From contig NMRA01000120.1 in the NCBI GenBank assembly GCA_002633005.1, positions 432,423 through 496,422 of the forward strand: a stretch of 64,000 bases of DNA, given 5' to 3'. A program made the position numbers and the translations under genes. This document shows, piece by piece, positions 1 through 11,989 of this stretch (the stretch's first letter is position 1; each line of letters begins with the position of its first letter). The stretch comes from Phoronis australis. Its lineage: Eukaryota; Animalia; Phoronida. A model generated the notes under the pieces. That model had not been told where the DNA came from. It was given only the letters and a program-made list of their open reading frames with translations, and made no database searches.

Positions 1-1160
1 ACCATTGGAGACTGGGAAAGTTATGCCAGACTAGTGAAATCATATTTGCTCAGTTTTCCGAGAAAGATATGTGATAGGAAATTGGAAATTATCACTTTCT
101 GCGTGTTCAAGCTTTGAATGTAATTTAAAAGTGGTAATTGTCGCCCCATTAGTATGGAGTTCTATCTATATGGACTGATACCCAGTTGTTATTGTTTGGT
201 TCATTGGTTACCTTACCTGGATACAAATCTCATATTTATTATTAACATTGCGTTATTTCAATCCTAAATATATGTTTGTTATGAACTGACCATTGTTGTT
301 CACCGTCAAAATGCTCGAGATGCTCGTAACTGATGTCCAGCACCTGCATCCTTGGTAACAGCATGTGGTCAGTTCTAGCTGTTCAGTCTCAGACATAAGA
401 CCAATTACCTGAGGAGCTTGCAAGCCTGTAGTAGCTGTCCACAAACCCCTTGGATAATTTGTTTTTGCAGGCCTGTTGAGGAGGTGGGTGTTGAATTTCT
501 TGACGTAACTGGTGTCCTGACTAAAATAGCCATAACTGGCTCTTCTGGTGTTTTTTGCATGGTGGTCTACTAAATCTACCCCTCTTCAGGCATTTTCATG
601 TTTCTACCTGGTTTGAAGGAAGGTCACCTTGTTTGAAGGAAAGTCTTTTGTCATATTTTGTCACTTATTGCTTATGGTGTTGCTTTCTACCAGTGAATTT
701 GTTCCATGTTTTTAGTTGTGCCTATTTAACATAGTAAAATCTTATCAATGAATTTGTCCAACAAATGTAGTTAGGCCTCGATAATTACCTTGACGAGCGT
801 AAAGCAGGTGTGGTGGAGGTCCCCTGAATGCATACAATAACTGTACAACAGATTTGTTCTGATGTGTTCCTGGTAATATTTCAGGGAACCTTTTATCACT
901 ATGGAGTACCAGAGTCATGGAGAAAGTCCCTGGGCGAAATAAAGTGTCATACACGAAGATATATTGATTGAGCCCTAATCTTTGAACCTAGTTGTAAATT
1001 ACAGCAAAATCTTGCAAATTTAGGACCCAGTGTGAAAGACCAAAGAAATTCTTTTTTTCTTTCATTTTTCCATGAAGATGAGTGGAACCAAAGAAATACT
1101 TAGTCATTGTTAAAACACCACCATAATAACATGTAGTTGTTGATCCATTTGGCATAGTTC

Positions 1161-1418
1161 GTTGTATTCAAATTAAATGTGGTCTGCTGGACAATAGTCC
1201 TAGAACCTCGGGGATATTACGCCTCGATCCTTCTAAGGGAAGATGGTACTGAAGATTTTCGGGAACCGTCGTCTCTATGCTTTCTCACAAGATCTCATCA
1301 TGTAAATTCTCATCTCAAGCAGCACCATCTTTTTTTTTGAAAGAGACAATGCCTCAAGGTTTTAGGAGATTAACTTTGTGAGTATTGTCGAGCAGACCAG
1401 ATTTAATTCGAATACAAC
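1161..1418. mobile_element. MITE with about 39-bp terminal inverted repeats
   Basis: gttgtattcaaattaaatgtggtctgctggacaata is mirrored by tattgtcgagcagaccagatttaattcgaatacaac. Confidence 0.7.
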
Positions 1419-2031
1419 TTAGTACCATAGTTAACAACAGACAATGATTTTAGAAACTGTGGACCCTCCCATCAATTTGGAAATTATTTTTGCCCCAAAT
1501 TGGTGAGATTTCACCATACTGGGCTTGGCATTAAAACTGTCCGCTCATTATTGCTTGAGAAAAGGTTGTACATGCTGACTTGTCACAGTGTGTCATTTTA
1601 TTGGCCGATAGCGGTCTCAAGGAATGACGTATCATCAGTTCTTTGCAAGACCAAAAAAAATCACGTCTTATCGGAGTAATGAACCAGTCAAGACTAATTT
1701 TATAGCGATGGTCTAAATCAGAAGTTAGGAGACTTTGTTTTCAGGCTATTATAGTGTAAAAATATTTGTTGTGGCGGATTGAATGATGTGTCTTGTGGCA
1801 TAACTCACGTTGTCACGTGTGATGTCAACCATACCTTTAGATCTATGTTAATGTAATTCACATCAAAGTTAGTGAAGAAAGGGAAATATTTGTGATACCT
1901 GAGAAAGTAAGTAGGTTTACTTTCACTGTGACGTATATTCTAGGGCAATCGGCTGATTGTGAGGTCTATCACGTTTTTTACCTGTCAAACTGTTTCCTTG
2001 TTTGCTCTTTGTAAATCATTGACCTAGACTA

Positions 2032-3590
2032 CCGTAAGCATTCGGGTTAATGTCCAGGGCAGTTAAATTGGCAAACTCAAAAATTGGGGGGTGGGGTGGG
2101 CGTTTAACCACACATGGCGCTTAAACATGAAATTTCAAGAAATCGTGGGTGGGTCGGTGCTTAACTGAACATGGACGCTTATTACGACAGGCAACCGTCC
2201 CCGGGCAGTTATTCTTACCTCACAATCTGAGTCGCCACACGTACTCGGAACAGGAAACAGTGCAAAGAGCTTGACCTTCACATCGCTAAATGACGGTAAA
2301 AATGTCATATCAGCGGATGATCGCAACCGACAAAGGTTCTTTTGCCTTCAGATTGGTCATTCACTACTAAATGTAAAAACTTGCGGGAGTAATACTGTAC
2401 CACCATCCTGTGGTCTTGTTAGAGCTGTAGTGCGCAGACAACAAGTGACCATGTAGCGTTCCACTTGGATTGCAACTACGCGTGTATATATTAAATTTAT
2501 GACTACACCTCCCCTTACTACCTTCAGTTTTCACTCCCCTAGTCGTCAGTCTACCACGTTGTAGATATTTCAGACTCGAATGGAAAGAATATTGTTCCGG
2601 CTGAAGCTGGTCAATTTAGAAACAAAATTATTTCAGGTGGCTAAAAGACGTAGTTGGAAATGATATCCACACAGTCATGTCTAGGCGGGGTGTTGTCGCA
2701 AGAACTCGTATCATAAAGAACTGACAGCGACATTAGTGAAACTTGCTGATGCGAGTTTGACTGAGATGCAATAAGTGAAAAACAAAATTTAACTTGCATT
2801 TTTTATTACTTCAAGAGGATACATGAACATCCTTTGAATTCCCAAACCACAAAGCAACAAATTCATCCAGTGGCAGTGAAGTCACACTGTCTTTTCAGTT
2901 GCCACACGTACTCGATAACCCGGCAATTAGAATCAGCAAAATAAGGAGAATTTGGCACTTTTCCGTGAGTTATGGGAATTCTTCAAAATCAGGGGGCTAA
3001 TCCCATCTAAAGTGATTAAGAGGTTTGGCAAAACCACTGTGTTTTCTATGGCCTGATTTTCTTGAATATATGTTTCTTTCTAGTGCATTGCAGTCAGAAA
3101 CTCAGTGCGGTAGGCAGCGTCGCTGAAAGCGGAGGTATTGAAGCCGGTGGGGTTTCTAAAGTTTGCGATCATGTAAAGAAAATAAAGTGACAAGTGTTCA
3201 AGTATTGCATTTTGAAGTAAATCTATGACCTGGGACAATAGTTTGTTACTTGTTATATTATAATTCACATTGTCAAACCACTGTCTGGGAGGCTGTGGTT
3301 GCACTCATTGTTATCATTGGTCTTTATCTAAAACTAAGTCGGGGAATCGCGCGTTTCCTTAGCACTGGGCGCTTAATCGTCAATCTTCAAAAGTCGGGGA
3401 TGGGCGCTCAACTGGGAGGTGGATGCTTAACTGAGAGGTGAACGCTTAACTGAGAGGTGGGCGCTTAACTGAAAATCTTCAAAAATCACAGAGGGGCGCT
3501 TAACCGAGAACTGGGTGCTTAAATTGCAAATCCACCTAAAGTTGGGGATGGGCGGTTAAGTGTACCTGAGCGTTGACTCAACGTTTATGG
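2032..3590. mobile_element. Degenerate Tc1/mariner-pogo-type non-autonomous element
   Basis: Termini TA|ccgtaagcattcgggttaa...aacgtttatgg|TA with subterminal gggcgcttaac repeats. The left end matches the reverse complement of 46915-47052. Confidence 0.6.
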
Positions 3591-3726
3591 TAACTGTCGT
3601 AAACTCATGGAAAAATCGTCTTTCTTGCTTTCATTATCAACGAAATTTTGTTGGCCAAGGTGGAGAAAATCTTACTTTTATTCTCATTAAGTTGGTCTTG
3701 TGATAATCCTTATGGTGATAAGATTC

Positions 3727-4325
3727 TAGTGCCGTTCACCCACAACAAGATTGAAACCGTGATGTGACTTGAATACGTATGTACCATGATAGGACTCTAT
3801 TTCCGTTACCAATGCGAGTCACACCACTGATAGTTTCGGTGTTCTTATTGGTAGCGGAATTCAAATTCAAATTCTTACGAACTCAAGTCACATGACTGAT
3901 AGTTTAATATGCTCTTATTGGTAACGGAAATTTAATTTTATCATGGTACTTGCCTTTGCAAATACCATCACTGGTGGTTTCATGTCATTGTTGGGTTCAT
4001 TGTTTTTGTTGGTAAGGGAAACTGACCCCTCTCTCGGAACTTTCATGTACTTAAGTCATGTCGCAGATGGAAATGATGTCCTTGCTGGGTTCAATGTACA
4101 TAATGAAAATCTAATCATATCGCGTTTAACTTACCCACTCGAGTCACGTCGTTGATGGCTTTGATGTCCTTGCTGGGTTTCATGTTCGTGTAAGTAACGG
4201 AAATAGAATCCTATCCTGGTAATTACTAGCTCGAGTCCCGTCACTTGTGCTATCCTTGTCCTTGTTGGTAAATAATGGAAATAGTATCCTATCATGGTAA
4301 GGCGACAATGTTATGAGTGCACTGT
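3727..4325. repeat. Degenerate minisatellite with an inverted first unit
   Basis: Recurring cttattggtaacggaa / agtcac units. accatgataggactctatttccgtt (3783) is inverted at about 4196 and about 4274. Confidence 0.5.
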
Positions 4326-4656
4326 AGAAGGCCTCAATCGATTACTGTTTTTTAGTCTGGTAAGCTAGGCAATATGGAGCTTTAAAAGATTAATAACTGT
4401 AAATAAACACTGTATCACTAGTAATGCTCATGGCATAGCTAACATCAGCAATGTGTTGAGAAACTTTGAGCACATATAACCTTGAAAAATGAAAAAAGGT
4501 CAACCGTGGCAATTGTTTTTGTGTGAAATTGGTCAGATGGTACCGTATGTTGATACATGGTATATCTTGCTAACATCATCCCTGGAGCCGAGTTTCTGAA
4601 GGCTTTTGTGCAATGTTTTGATTATAACGTGTATTTTGTCGCTTAGGTGAGTTGAC

Positions 4657-4791
4657 ATGGAGACAGATATCGGCTTGAGCTCGTTTGAAGTCAAACAGGA
4701 AGTGAGTGACTACTCGTATGATATGTGCGCCGATTCAGCGATGAAGTCATCCACTGACTTATTGGACAGACCAAGCTTTTCAGATGACACG
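4657..4791 (+). CDS. NR1J: NR1J/HR96-type nuclear receptor, coding exon 1 (A/B region, METDIGLSSFEVKQE...SFSDDT)
   Basis: Acceptor ttag at 4643-4646, ATG at 4657, 45 open codons, donor GTGAGA at 4792. Phase 0 joins in frame to the DBD exon. There is no recognisable motif, so this exon is less certain than the others. Confidence 0.7.
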
Positions 4792-5188
4792 GTGAGATGC
4801 TTGTGCTTAATTACAATGATTGTTTCCTAATTTATATTAAAAGAATTTCAATGACCGACCTTATACACGTAGGGTGTATAAGATCGGTCTTGTCAAAACG
4901 TTGACAGACCAAGCTTTTCAGAGGACACAGTGAGATGCCTGTGCTTAATTACAATTATTGTTTCCTGATTTATATTAAAAGGATTTCAATGACCGACCTT
5001 ATACACGTAGGGTGTATAAGATCGCTCTTGTCAAAACGTTGACAGACCAAGCTTTTCAGAGGACACGGTGAGATGCCTGTGCTTAATTACAATTATTGTT
5101 TCCTGATTTATATTAAAAGGATTTCAATGACCGACCTTATACACGTAGGGTGTATAAGGTCGGTCTTGTCAAAACGTTGACAGATCAA
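4765..5188 (+). repeat. 138-bp tandem triplication spanning the exon 1 donor
   Basis: gacagaccaagcttttcaga recurs at 4765, 4903 and 5041, with a partial gacagatcaa at 5179. The copies are near-identical. Confidence 0.95.
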
Positions 5189-6195
5189 TTTTATCACATC
5201 AACAACAGTTGGTGTGGTTTTGATACGGATATGAAAACCCTTATGATCAATTTGAAAAAAATGGTTACACATTGGAACTGATAAATCAACTACTGAGAGA
5301 GAGGTTACGTAAATCTGACAGCAATTTCCGGATGGACAAAAAAAATTGCAAATGTTCTTTTTTGGCTACATTTTTATGGTTGCTCAGCGTTAAATTGACA
5401 AACTTGTGAAACATTATTATAGAGATCTGAGAATTGTGTAAGTCTAAAATTATCTAGTTTGTTCCGTACTAATGGTAAAATCCCTTTTGGTATTAATTCC
5501 CGGGTAATGCATAAATTTGTTTGTGCTAGTTATGGTTCCAGCTATATTGGTGAAATTATTCGTCATCTTGAAACCCGGGCAAAAGAACATTTAGGTACTG
5601 ACAAAAATTCTCACATTAATGACAACTTTCAGAGATTCAGCCACTGTAATGGTGATTGCACGTTCAGCAAATGATTCAGTATTCTGTATTGGGCTGCGGC
5701 AATATTCCTGCCTTTCTGCCATTGGCGCATAAAAAATAAAAAGGCGCTAGTACGTTGCAGCAGTGTGCCCCTGGAGTGCATCTTTAAAAACGCAACACTC
5801 CTCTAAAAATGCGAGATTCTAGTCAACTTACAGCCAATCGCGACAGGAATTACTTGCAGTTTTCGAATGAGGAGCCCAGCAGCACAACTTTTTGAAAAAG
5901 GCACACGTTTTGTCATCAGGTGCGTCCAAAGGGCACAAGTTCAAACCTGGTCAGGAATATCCCTGAGGCTGAAACAACAAAGGGACAAAATCCAAGAGTT
6001 AATTCTCATCAGCTGGCTCAAGCCTGAACTGAATAAGCAGCTGACACACAGCAGGCTGTCACTGGTCTTATGTCACTTTGTTACTATGATGGGTCCTAAT
6101 ATCTTTACTGTACACTGTGTGGGTCAACATTGCTAGATAGCCTTGATTGCTTGTCCTGAAGATGGTGCATAAGACATGGAAACAAACGTGTTGAA
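5150..6195 (+). mobile_element. 5'-truncated decayed Penelope-like retroelement (RT C-terminus and GIY-YIG endonuclease)
   Basis: Translated fragments YKVGLVKTLTDQFYHINNSWCGFDTD, KFVCASYGSSYIGEIIRHLETRAKEHLGTDKNSHI and KIQELILISWLKPELNKQ follow the Penelope order. A ctgaaga...gaaac motif lies at 6156-6183. Confidence 0.85.
5697..5965. mobile_element. Small TIR insertion splitting the Penelope GIY-YIG domain
   Basis: Inverted ends aatattcctg / caggaatatccctg. GIY-YIG-like translation stops before the insertion and resumes after it. Confidence 0.55.
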
Positions 6196-6262
6196 TTTGC
6201 AAAATGATTGATGTAGTTACTTACTTGTCTTCGTTGAGACCAACTTGTTGTAACTGTTTCAG

Positions 6263-6427
6263 AATGTCCAAGGTGACGGTCGTGAACCGCGGAGGCGTAA
6301 GAAAGTAGCAGATAAAGACAAGCTATTCTGTGTGATATGTGGTGACAAAGCAATGGGATACAATTTTGGTGCTGTCACCTGCGAGTCTTGTAAAGCCTTC
6401 TTCCGCAGAAATGCGCTCAAAACGAAG
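6263..6427 (+). CDS. NR1J: NR1J/HR96-type nuclear receptor, coding exon 2 (zinc finger 1)
   Basis: tttcag acceptor and GTTGGT donor. Translates [55 protein letters not shown]. The P-box ESCKA is typical of NR1J (HR96/DAF-12/NHR-8). Confidence 0.95.
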
Positions 6428-6625
6428 GTTGGTAGTTGGCATAGGACACAATTTGGCAAGCAATGGGAATATTATTTTGTCAAATGGCTCGACGAAAGAA
6501 ACTTTTGGAAGTGTACCTTGTTAGCGAGGTTCGGTGCTCTTCTGTTGGGCTTTTGCAGCTAGTAAATGGGAAATTTACTGTTTTAGCTATTGTTTTTGTC
6601 CTAAATTGAAAAAAATTCGCACTTG

Positions 6626-7886
6626 TTTTTATGCACCCACACATTTATATGTGGACACATTATGCTGTCATCCTAGTCCATCCATCCGTCCAGCGTCAGC
6701 TGCTCTATCTCCAAAACGTCTCCATGAAATTTTGCACGTGTGTACGTTTCGTGGATGGGACGGCATGAGCGAACTTTCAGACGGATCTGACTACTGATGT
6801 GCCACCTAGTGGCAATTTAATTTTTTTACGTTTACCTCTGTATGTTCAAAGGTACTCAACGTATTTTCATAAAATTTGTCATACAGGCATCTGCTAATGA
6901 AGTGACGCTCGGTTTTCAGATGGATTCGACCTAGTTTGCGTCGCCTAGTGGCCATTGTTACTGTTTTTGAGTCTGTTTTTTGACATCCACTCGTCTATCA
7001 ACCAAACCGCTTTCAGGATAATTGTGAAAATTTGCATGTATGTTCCTACTATGAAGTGGACGGCTGACGATGATTTTCCGATGAGTTCGACTACTGTGGC
7101 ACCTCCTAGTGGCAATTTTGTTTTTTTTTGTGCTCATGGCTGTATCATGGCAGGATCTTTACTTAATTTAGCAAGTGTATATATATGATGTTGACAATGG
7201 ACGACGACGATTTTCGAACGGATCTGACAGCTGGTGTTCCCCTAGTGGCAATTTTGGTTTTATACATTTGTATCTTCAAAGGTCCTCAACAGATTTTCAT
7301 AAAATTTTGAATATAGGCATCTATTGGTGAGATGACGATATAATCATGTTTTTGGATGGAATCGAGGTATTTTGCGCCACGTAGTGTCCATTTTTGCTGT
7401 TTTCAAATCTTGTTTTTGGCGTCCATCCCTTGATCAACCAAATCATTTTAGGAATGGTTTTGAAAATAGGCGTATATGTTTTCAGTGTGAAGAGGACGTT
7501 TGATGATGGCGACTGACTACTGTTGGGCCTCCTAGTGGTAGTTTTGTTTTGCTTTGCGCCCATAGCTGTATCTCCAAAACCCACTGCAGGATCTTTATTA
7601 AATTTAGTAAGTGAATTTATATGAAAATAACAGACGACGACTTTCAGGCGGATGGAACGGACGCTGTGCCCACAAGTGGCAATTTCATTTTGTTCTGTTT
7701 TCTTTTGTTTCTCTGAATTTCCTTGACAGATTTTTATGGAATATGGCATGTTCCCATTTTTGGATGGATTGTACGTTTTTGCGCCATCTAGTGGCCATTT
7801 TTATGATACAAATAATAAATAACCCTAACAGCACACTGTTTGCGATGCATTCGTGGGTGCCTTTCAACACTCCACGTTGCTCTTGT
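6626..7886 (+). mobile_element. Helentron/HINE (DINE-1/pearl-like) non-autonomous element with satellite core
   Basis: 5' T-run with subTIR gcacccac and a short IR, a (tcca/tccg)n microsatellite, 115-161-bp tandem units, a 3' subTIR gtgggtgc, a short hairpin and a cttgtt end. Confidence 0.7.
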
Positions 7887-8693
7887 TATTGAGGGAAGCG
7901 CTTTTATTAGAACTATTTAAAATTTACTATTTCATGCAGTTTTGGTGTATGAAAACAACAGAATTTATTGAAACCTCGCATGGCCATCCCATCTTTGCAA
8001 CTAGGTGCGAATATAATGGTCGACTTCAGTATTTTGACAGGACATTTTGTTTTGATTTTGCAGTTATGAGAATGATTCTCCGTTTCGGAAATTACACACG
8101 TTACCACTGATTTCCTAAATTTCAACTTTTGTAGTGGGTTCAGGGTGTGTATTTTGGGTGTTAAACTGAGTGTGTAAAACTTGTTTCGTCTTACACTAGG
8201 TTCACATGAGTGGTGAAAACACCAGCAAATTTTCATTCTCAAAAAAGGTATTCAGGTGGACTTGCGGTCCATGTCGGGGTAATTTTGGCCAGCAGTTATT
8301 TTGTTTTCTAAGGACCTGAACCCTCTTAAAGCAGAAATCGACATCAAAGCATGTATATTTAATAATGACTGATTAATAAGACAATGGTGAACGAAGGTCT
8401 CTTACCCTTGCACATGTTTGTTTGAAGTAGGCAGTCTGGCTACAAAAGGGTCAGTAAAAATGCCAGCACATTTGGGGTAGCTCGTACCACCAGGAAAGCT
8501 CCAGTGAAGCGACGCCTATAGGTTTCACATTGCGTGCTTTTTGTCCGATAGCGAAAAACATTAGCGTTTTAGGCAGTTTGAAGATGAAGGTTTGTATGAT
8601 TGCCAAGGGGCACACTGTCTCACATCAAAAGTCTGGTGGATTTGTAATTGATATCAACTTGAAGCTCAGGTTTAATTGTGTGTCTATTTCTAG

Positions 8694-8811
8694 CAACTGG
8701 AATGTAGTTTTGGTGGAAACTGCAAGATTGACCCATTCACACGGAAATTCTGTACGAAATGCCGCCTAGATAAGTGTTTTAAAATGAAGATGAAAAAGGA
8801 GTGGATACTGG
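8694..8811 (+). CDS. NR1J: NR1J/HR96-type nuclear receptor, coding exon 3 (zinc finger 2)
   Basis: tttctag acceptor and GTATGT donor (phase 1). Translates QLECSFGGNCKIDPFTRKFCTKCRLDKCFKMKMKKEWIL, a second C4 finger. Not shown in the ORF track. Confidence 0.95.
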
Positions 8812-8832
8812 GTATGTAATTACTGCACTTAA

Positions 8833-9320
8833 GGCCCTTTCACACTAACGTCGACGCGTCGATGTTTTTGTGAGTTGCGGTCAGTATGAATGGTTAAGTT
8901 CGGTTCTGGATCGAAGTTAACAGCGCCAGTTAACTCTTCAATAAACAAGTGAATTTAACAGCAGAGTGTCGATGCTGCGGTGCAGTATGAATTGTTAACT
9001 TCGGTCCCATTAAAGTTATCGCCACTGTGATCGTCAACAAGTAAAGGGCAGTGTCATCGCTAGAAGTTGCTTATATTTTGGTCAAATAATCAATAATTGA
9101 TTTAGGAATAATAGCACATGTAAATGTTCCCAAATTGTCACATTAAAAAAATCTTAGCGTACAGCGCTACCTTGCGATTACTTCGATGACAACAGTGTCA
9201 CCTGCCGTTTACTTCGATGTTCCTCAACTACCGAAGCCAGTATGAACGATTCAGTTAACTTCGCAGTTTACTTCAACGCTCCACTTAGACCGGAGTTAAG
9301 TACCATAGTAAGAAAAGGCC
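8833..9320. mobile_element. PIF/Harbinger-like MITE
   Basis: taa|ggccctttcacacta...tagtaagaaaaggcc|ttta, with internal gaagttaac / gttaacttc repeats in mirrored orientation. Confidence 0.6.
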
Positions 9321-9912
9321 TTTAGTCACAAATTAGGCATTTGCATGTCTTTCTAAAAATTCGGGATTTTTTTATTTTGATAAGTTTCAGACATATAAAA
9401 GCGGAAGTTTGTCCAAAATGTAAGGCGTTTGTCCAACTCACTAATCATATTTGCAATAGTGTAATTGTTACTCTGTTTAGTATTTACGGATAAAAGTGTT
9501 CATCATTGTTTCCTGTGACAATGGTAAAAACGAAAAAGTTAGTTACTAGGAAACAGTTAGTTAGTTGAGCATAAGGTTTTAGCCTGCAGCTCGGGCCCTT
9601 GATGTGATCAAAGGGGTGAGCTGAAGGCTTGTCGTTCATCTGAGCTGATTATTTTTACTCTTCTAAACGAGTCCGACTTACTGAAAGGCCATGTTCACGG
9701 AGTGGGGCAACCATACCCTGGGACTCGGTCTGAGTTATGTCAAGATGTGACTTATTGATATCGCAAGTTTTACTGTGTTTGAATTGTGAATTCTATTAAG
9801 ATAACTAACTTCTATTGGGTGATACAAAAAGTTGCTTGCACACAGAGGTATTCATTAGCTTAGACGCACTCCTGTACTTTGTACCGATGTAACGTTACAG
9901 TTTTATTTATAG

Positions 9913-10252
9913 ACGACGAGGCTCTAAAGAAGCGGCGTGACCGTCAAATCCAGGCAAAGCAGCATCAAGTGCAGCATCATCAGCACCAGATGGCGCCCTG
10001 CTCGTCTACCTCTGGTGACGATTATGTAGTGGCATCGTCTGGTTCATACATGATGAGCTCGGGTCCCATGGACCTCCAAAGCTTGCAGAGGTCGCTGTCA
10101 ACGTCATCGGCAAACAGTCCGGGTTCCACTAGCATTACATCTGCAATGGAGGCGAGACCATCTGTATCAGATGACGACAGTATGGACTACTGCATACCTA
10201 TGGCGGAAGAGCATGCCAAGGAGATTGAGTCCATAAGGGAGTCCTACACCAG
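9913..10252 (+). CDS. NR1J: NR1J/HR96-type nuclear receptor, coding exon 4 (C-terminal extension, Q/H- and S-rich hinge, LBD helix 1)
   Basis: tttatag acceptor and GTATAT donor. Phases 1 and 2 match both neighbours. Translates DDEALKKRRDRQIQ...EIESIRESYT. Confidence 0.9.
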
Positions 10253-10404
10253 GTATATAGTCTGAAGAACTTGGCATTATTTTGTCCCATTAATCAGGAT
10301 GTTATTATGACTCCCATTCCTTTTGTATCACCATTTTAGAGACCTGGAGTATTCATGATATTTGAAAACGAACAGAATTCAAGGAATTGAGAACTTCTTT
10401 CATG

Positions 10405-11456
10405 TGATTAGAGGTTTTGAATAGAATTAACACTTATTTCACGAGTAGTAATGAGTGTGTAAGGTGCAAGTTTAATTGCTGGTGATAGGGGGGTTCACCC
10501 ATCCACAGCTCTTTAACTATTTGAGTGGCTTGGAAGAGCGGCACAAACTTAAAAGCTGTATGTAGTAAGGAACTTAGCCCCTTAGGCTACTTACCCCACA
10601 AAATCAGTTCCGAATTTTCTCTGATGATGATAGAATTTTACGACTACTTATGAGCCAAGAGGAACAAATGAAGAGCAATTTATCTCGTCTCTTTTAATTT
10701 TTTTATATCTGTGTTGCAACTCTTCACGCATCAGTAAACTTAAAATGCCGTCCTGGACACTCGAATCTCCATGTATTTACCCACAATGCGGCAATATCTG
10801 TCAAGCATTTGTGTTGCCCTACAGTTTTCTTCCCATTGGAGTTCCACATGTTGTTTGTTGCTAGTGTTTTCCAGGGCTTGGAATTTTCCGNTTGGAGCGC
10901 TAGTGTTTCGACCGGTAACCATTGCGGCGAATGGTAAAATGGCGGAGTGAACTCTCCTATACTCGTACACTCCTTGATTAGAGGTTTTGAATGGAATTAA
11001 CACTTATTTCACGAGTAGTAATGAGTGTGTAAGGTGCAAGTTTAATTGCTGGTGATAGGGGGGTTCACCCATCCACAGCTCTTTAACTATTTGAGTGGCT
11101 TGGAAGAGCGGCACAAACTTAAAAGCTGTAGTAAGGAACTTAGCCCCTTAGGCTACTTACCCCACAAAATCAGTTCCGAATTTTCTCTGATGATGATAGA
11201 ATTTTACGACTACTTATGAGCCAAGAGGAACAAATGAAGAGCAATTTATCTCGTCTCTTTTAATTTTTTTATATCTGTGTTGCAACTCTTCACGCATCAG
11301 TAAACTTAAAATGCCGTCCTGGACACTCGAATCTCCATGTATTTACCCACAATGTGGCAATATCTGTCAAGCATTTGTGTTGCCCTACAGTTTTCTTCCC
11401 ATTGGAGTTCCACATGTTGTTTGTTGCTAGTGTTTTCCAGGGCTTGGAATTTTCCG
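10405..11456 (+). repeat. About 480-bp near-identical direct duplication across an N join
   Basis: 10405-10890 is repeated at 10975-11456 with a few SNPs and a 4-bp indel. The first copy ends exactly at the N at 10891. Confidence 0.9.
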
Positions 11457-11989
11457 CGGAAACGCGGATTTCCGCTTTTTTCAAATGTTCTGTCCGCGCA
11501 TTTTATTATATTTCCGCGTAAAAAATGTGATTTGATATAAAATTTCCGAGGCAAATTCGTTTCTTACCTCGGCGTTGCCGATGACGTTCACCTCGAAAAG
11601 CGGAAGTTGCTCTTTATGTTTTGGAGGAACGTAAATTGTCAACATTGCCGGGGCATCTGTGATAGCGTGATGGGATTTTCAATGGCGACTCGTGTGATTG
11701 TAAGCCGCGGTGACAAATACTACGGCTCTGCAACCAAAAATGGGTGGGAGTGGAGGAGTGGATGGACGAGATAAAAAGACGCAGACGCATGCTACTGTTG
11801 GTGGTAACGTGTTTTTTTTTTTTCCCTTCCGATGCTCGTCGGCGAAAGGTTCACATCGACTATATGTCAAGGCTGGGTAGCGCGCATGTTTTGGGCCGTA
11901 AAAGTTTCCGCGTTTTTGTCATTGGTCATTCCAAGCCCTGGTTTTCTTTGCAAGTTTTTCTCGGCTACATTACCCTATTCTACCTTCAA

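Noticed and set aside
7321-7749. 142-aa minus ORF
   Set aside because: It lies wholly within the satellite core of the Helentron-like element.
10740-11554. Duplicated ORFs (GKFQALENTSNKQHVELQWEENC...)
   Set aside because: Chance frames in the duplication across the N join, with no domain.
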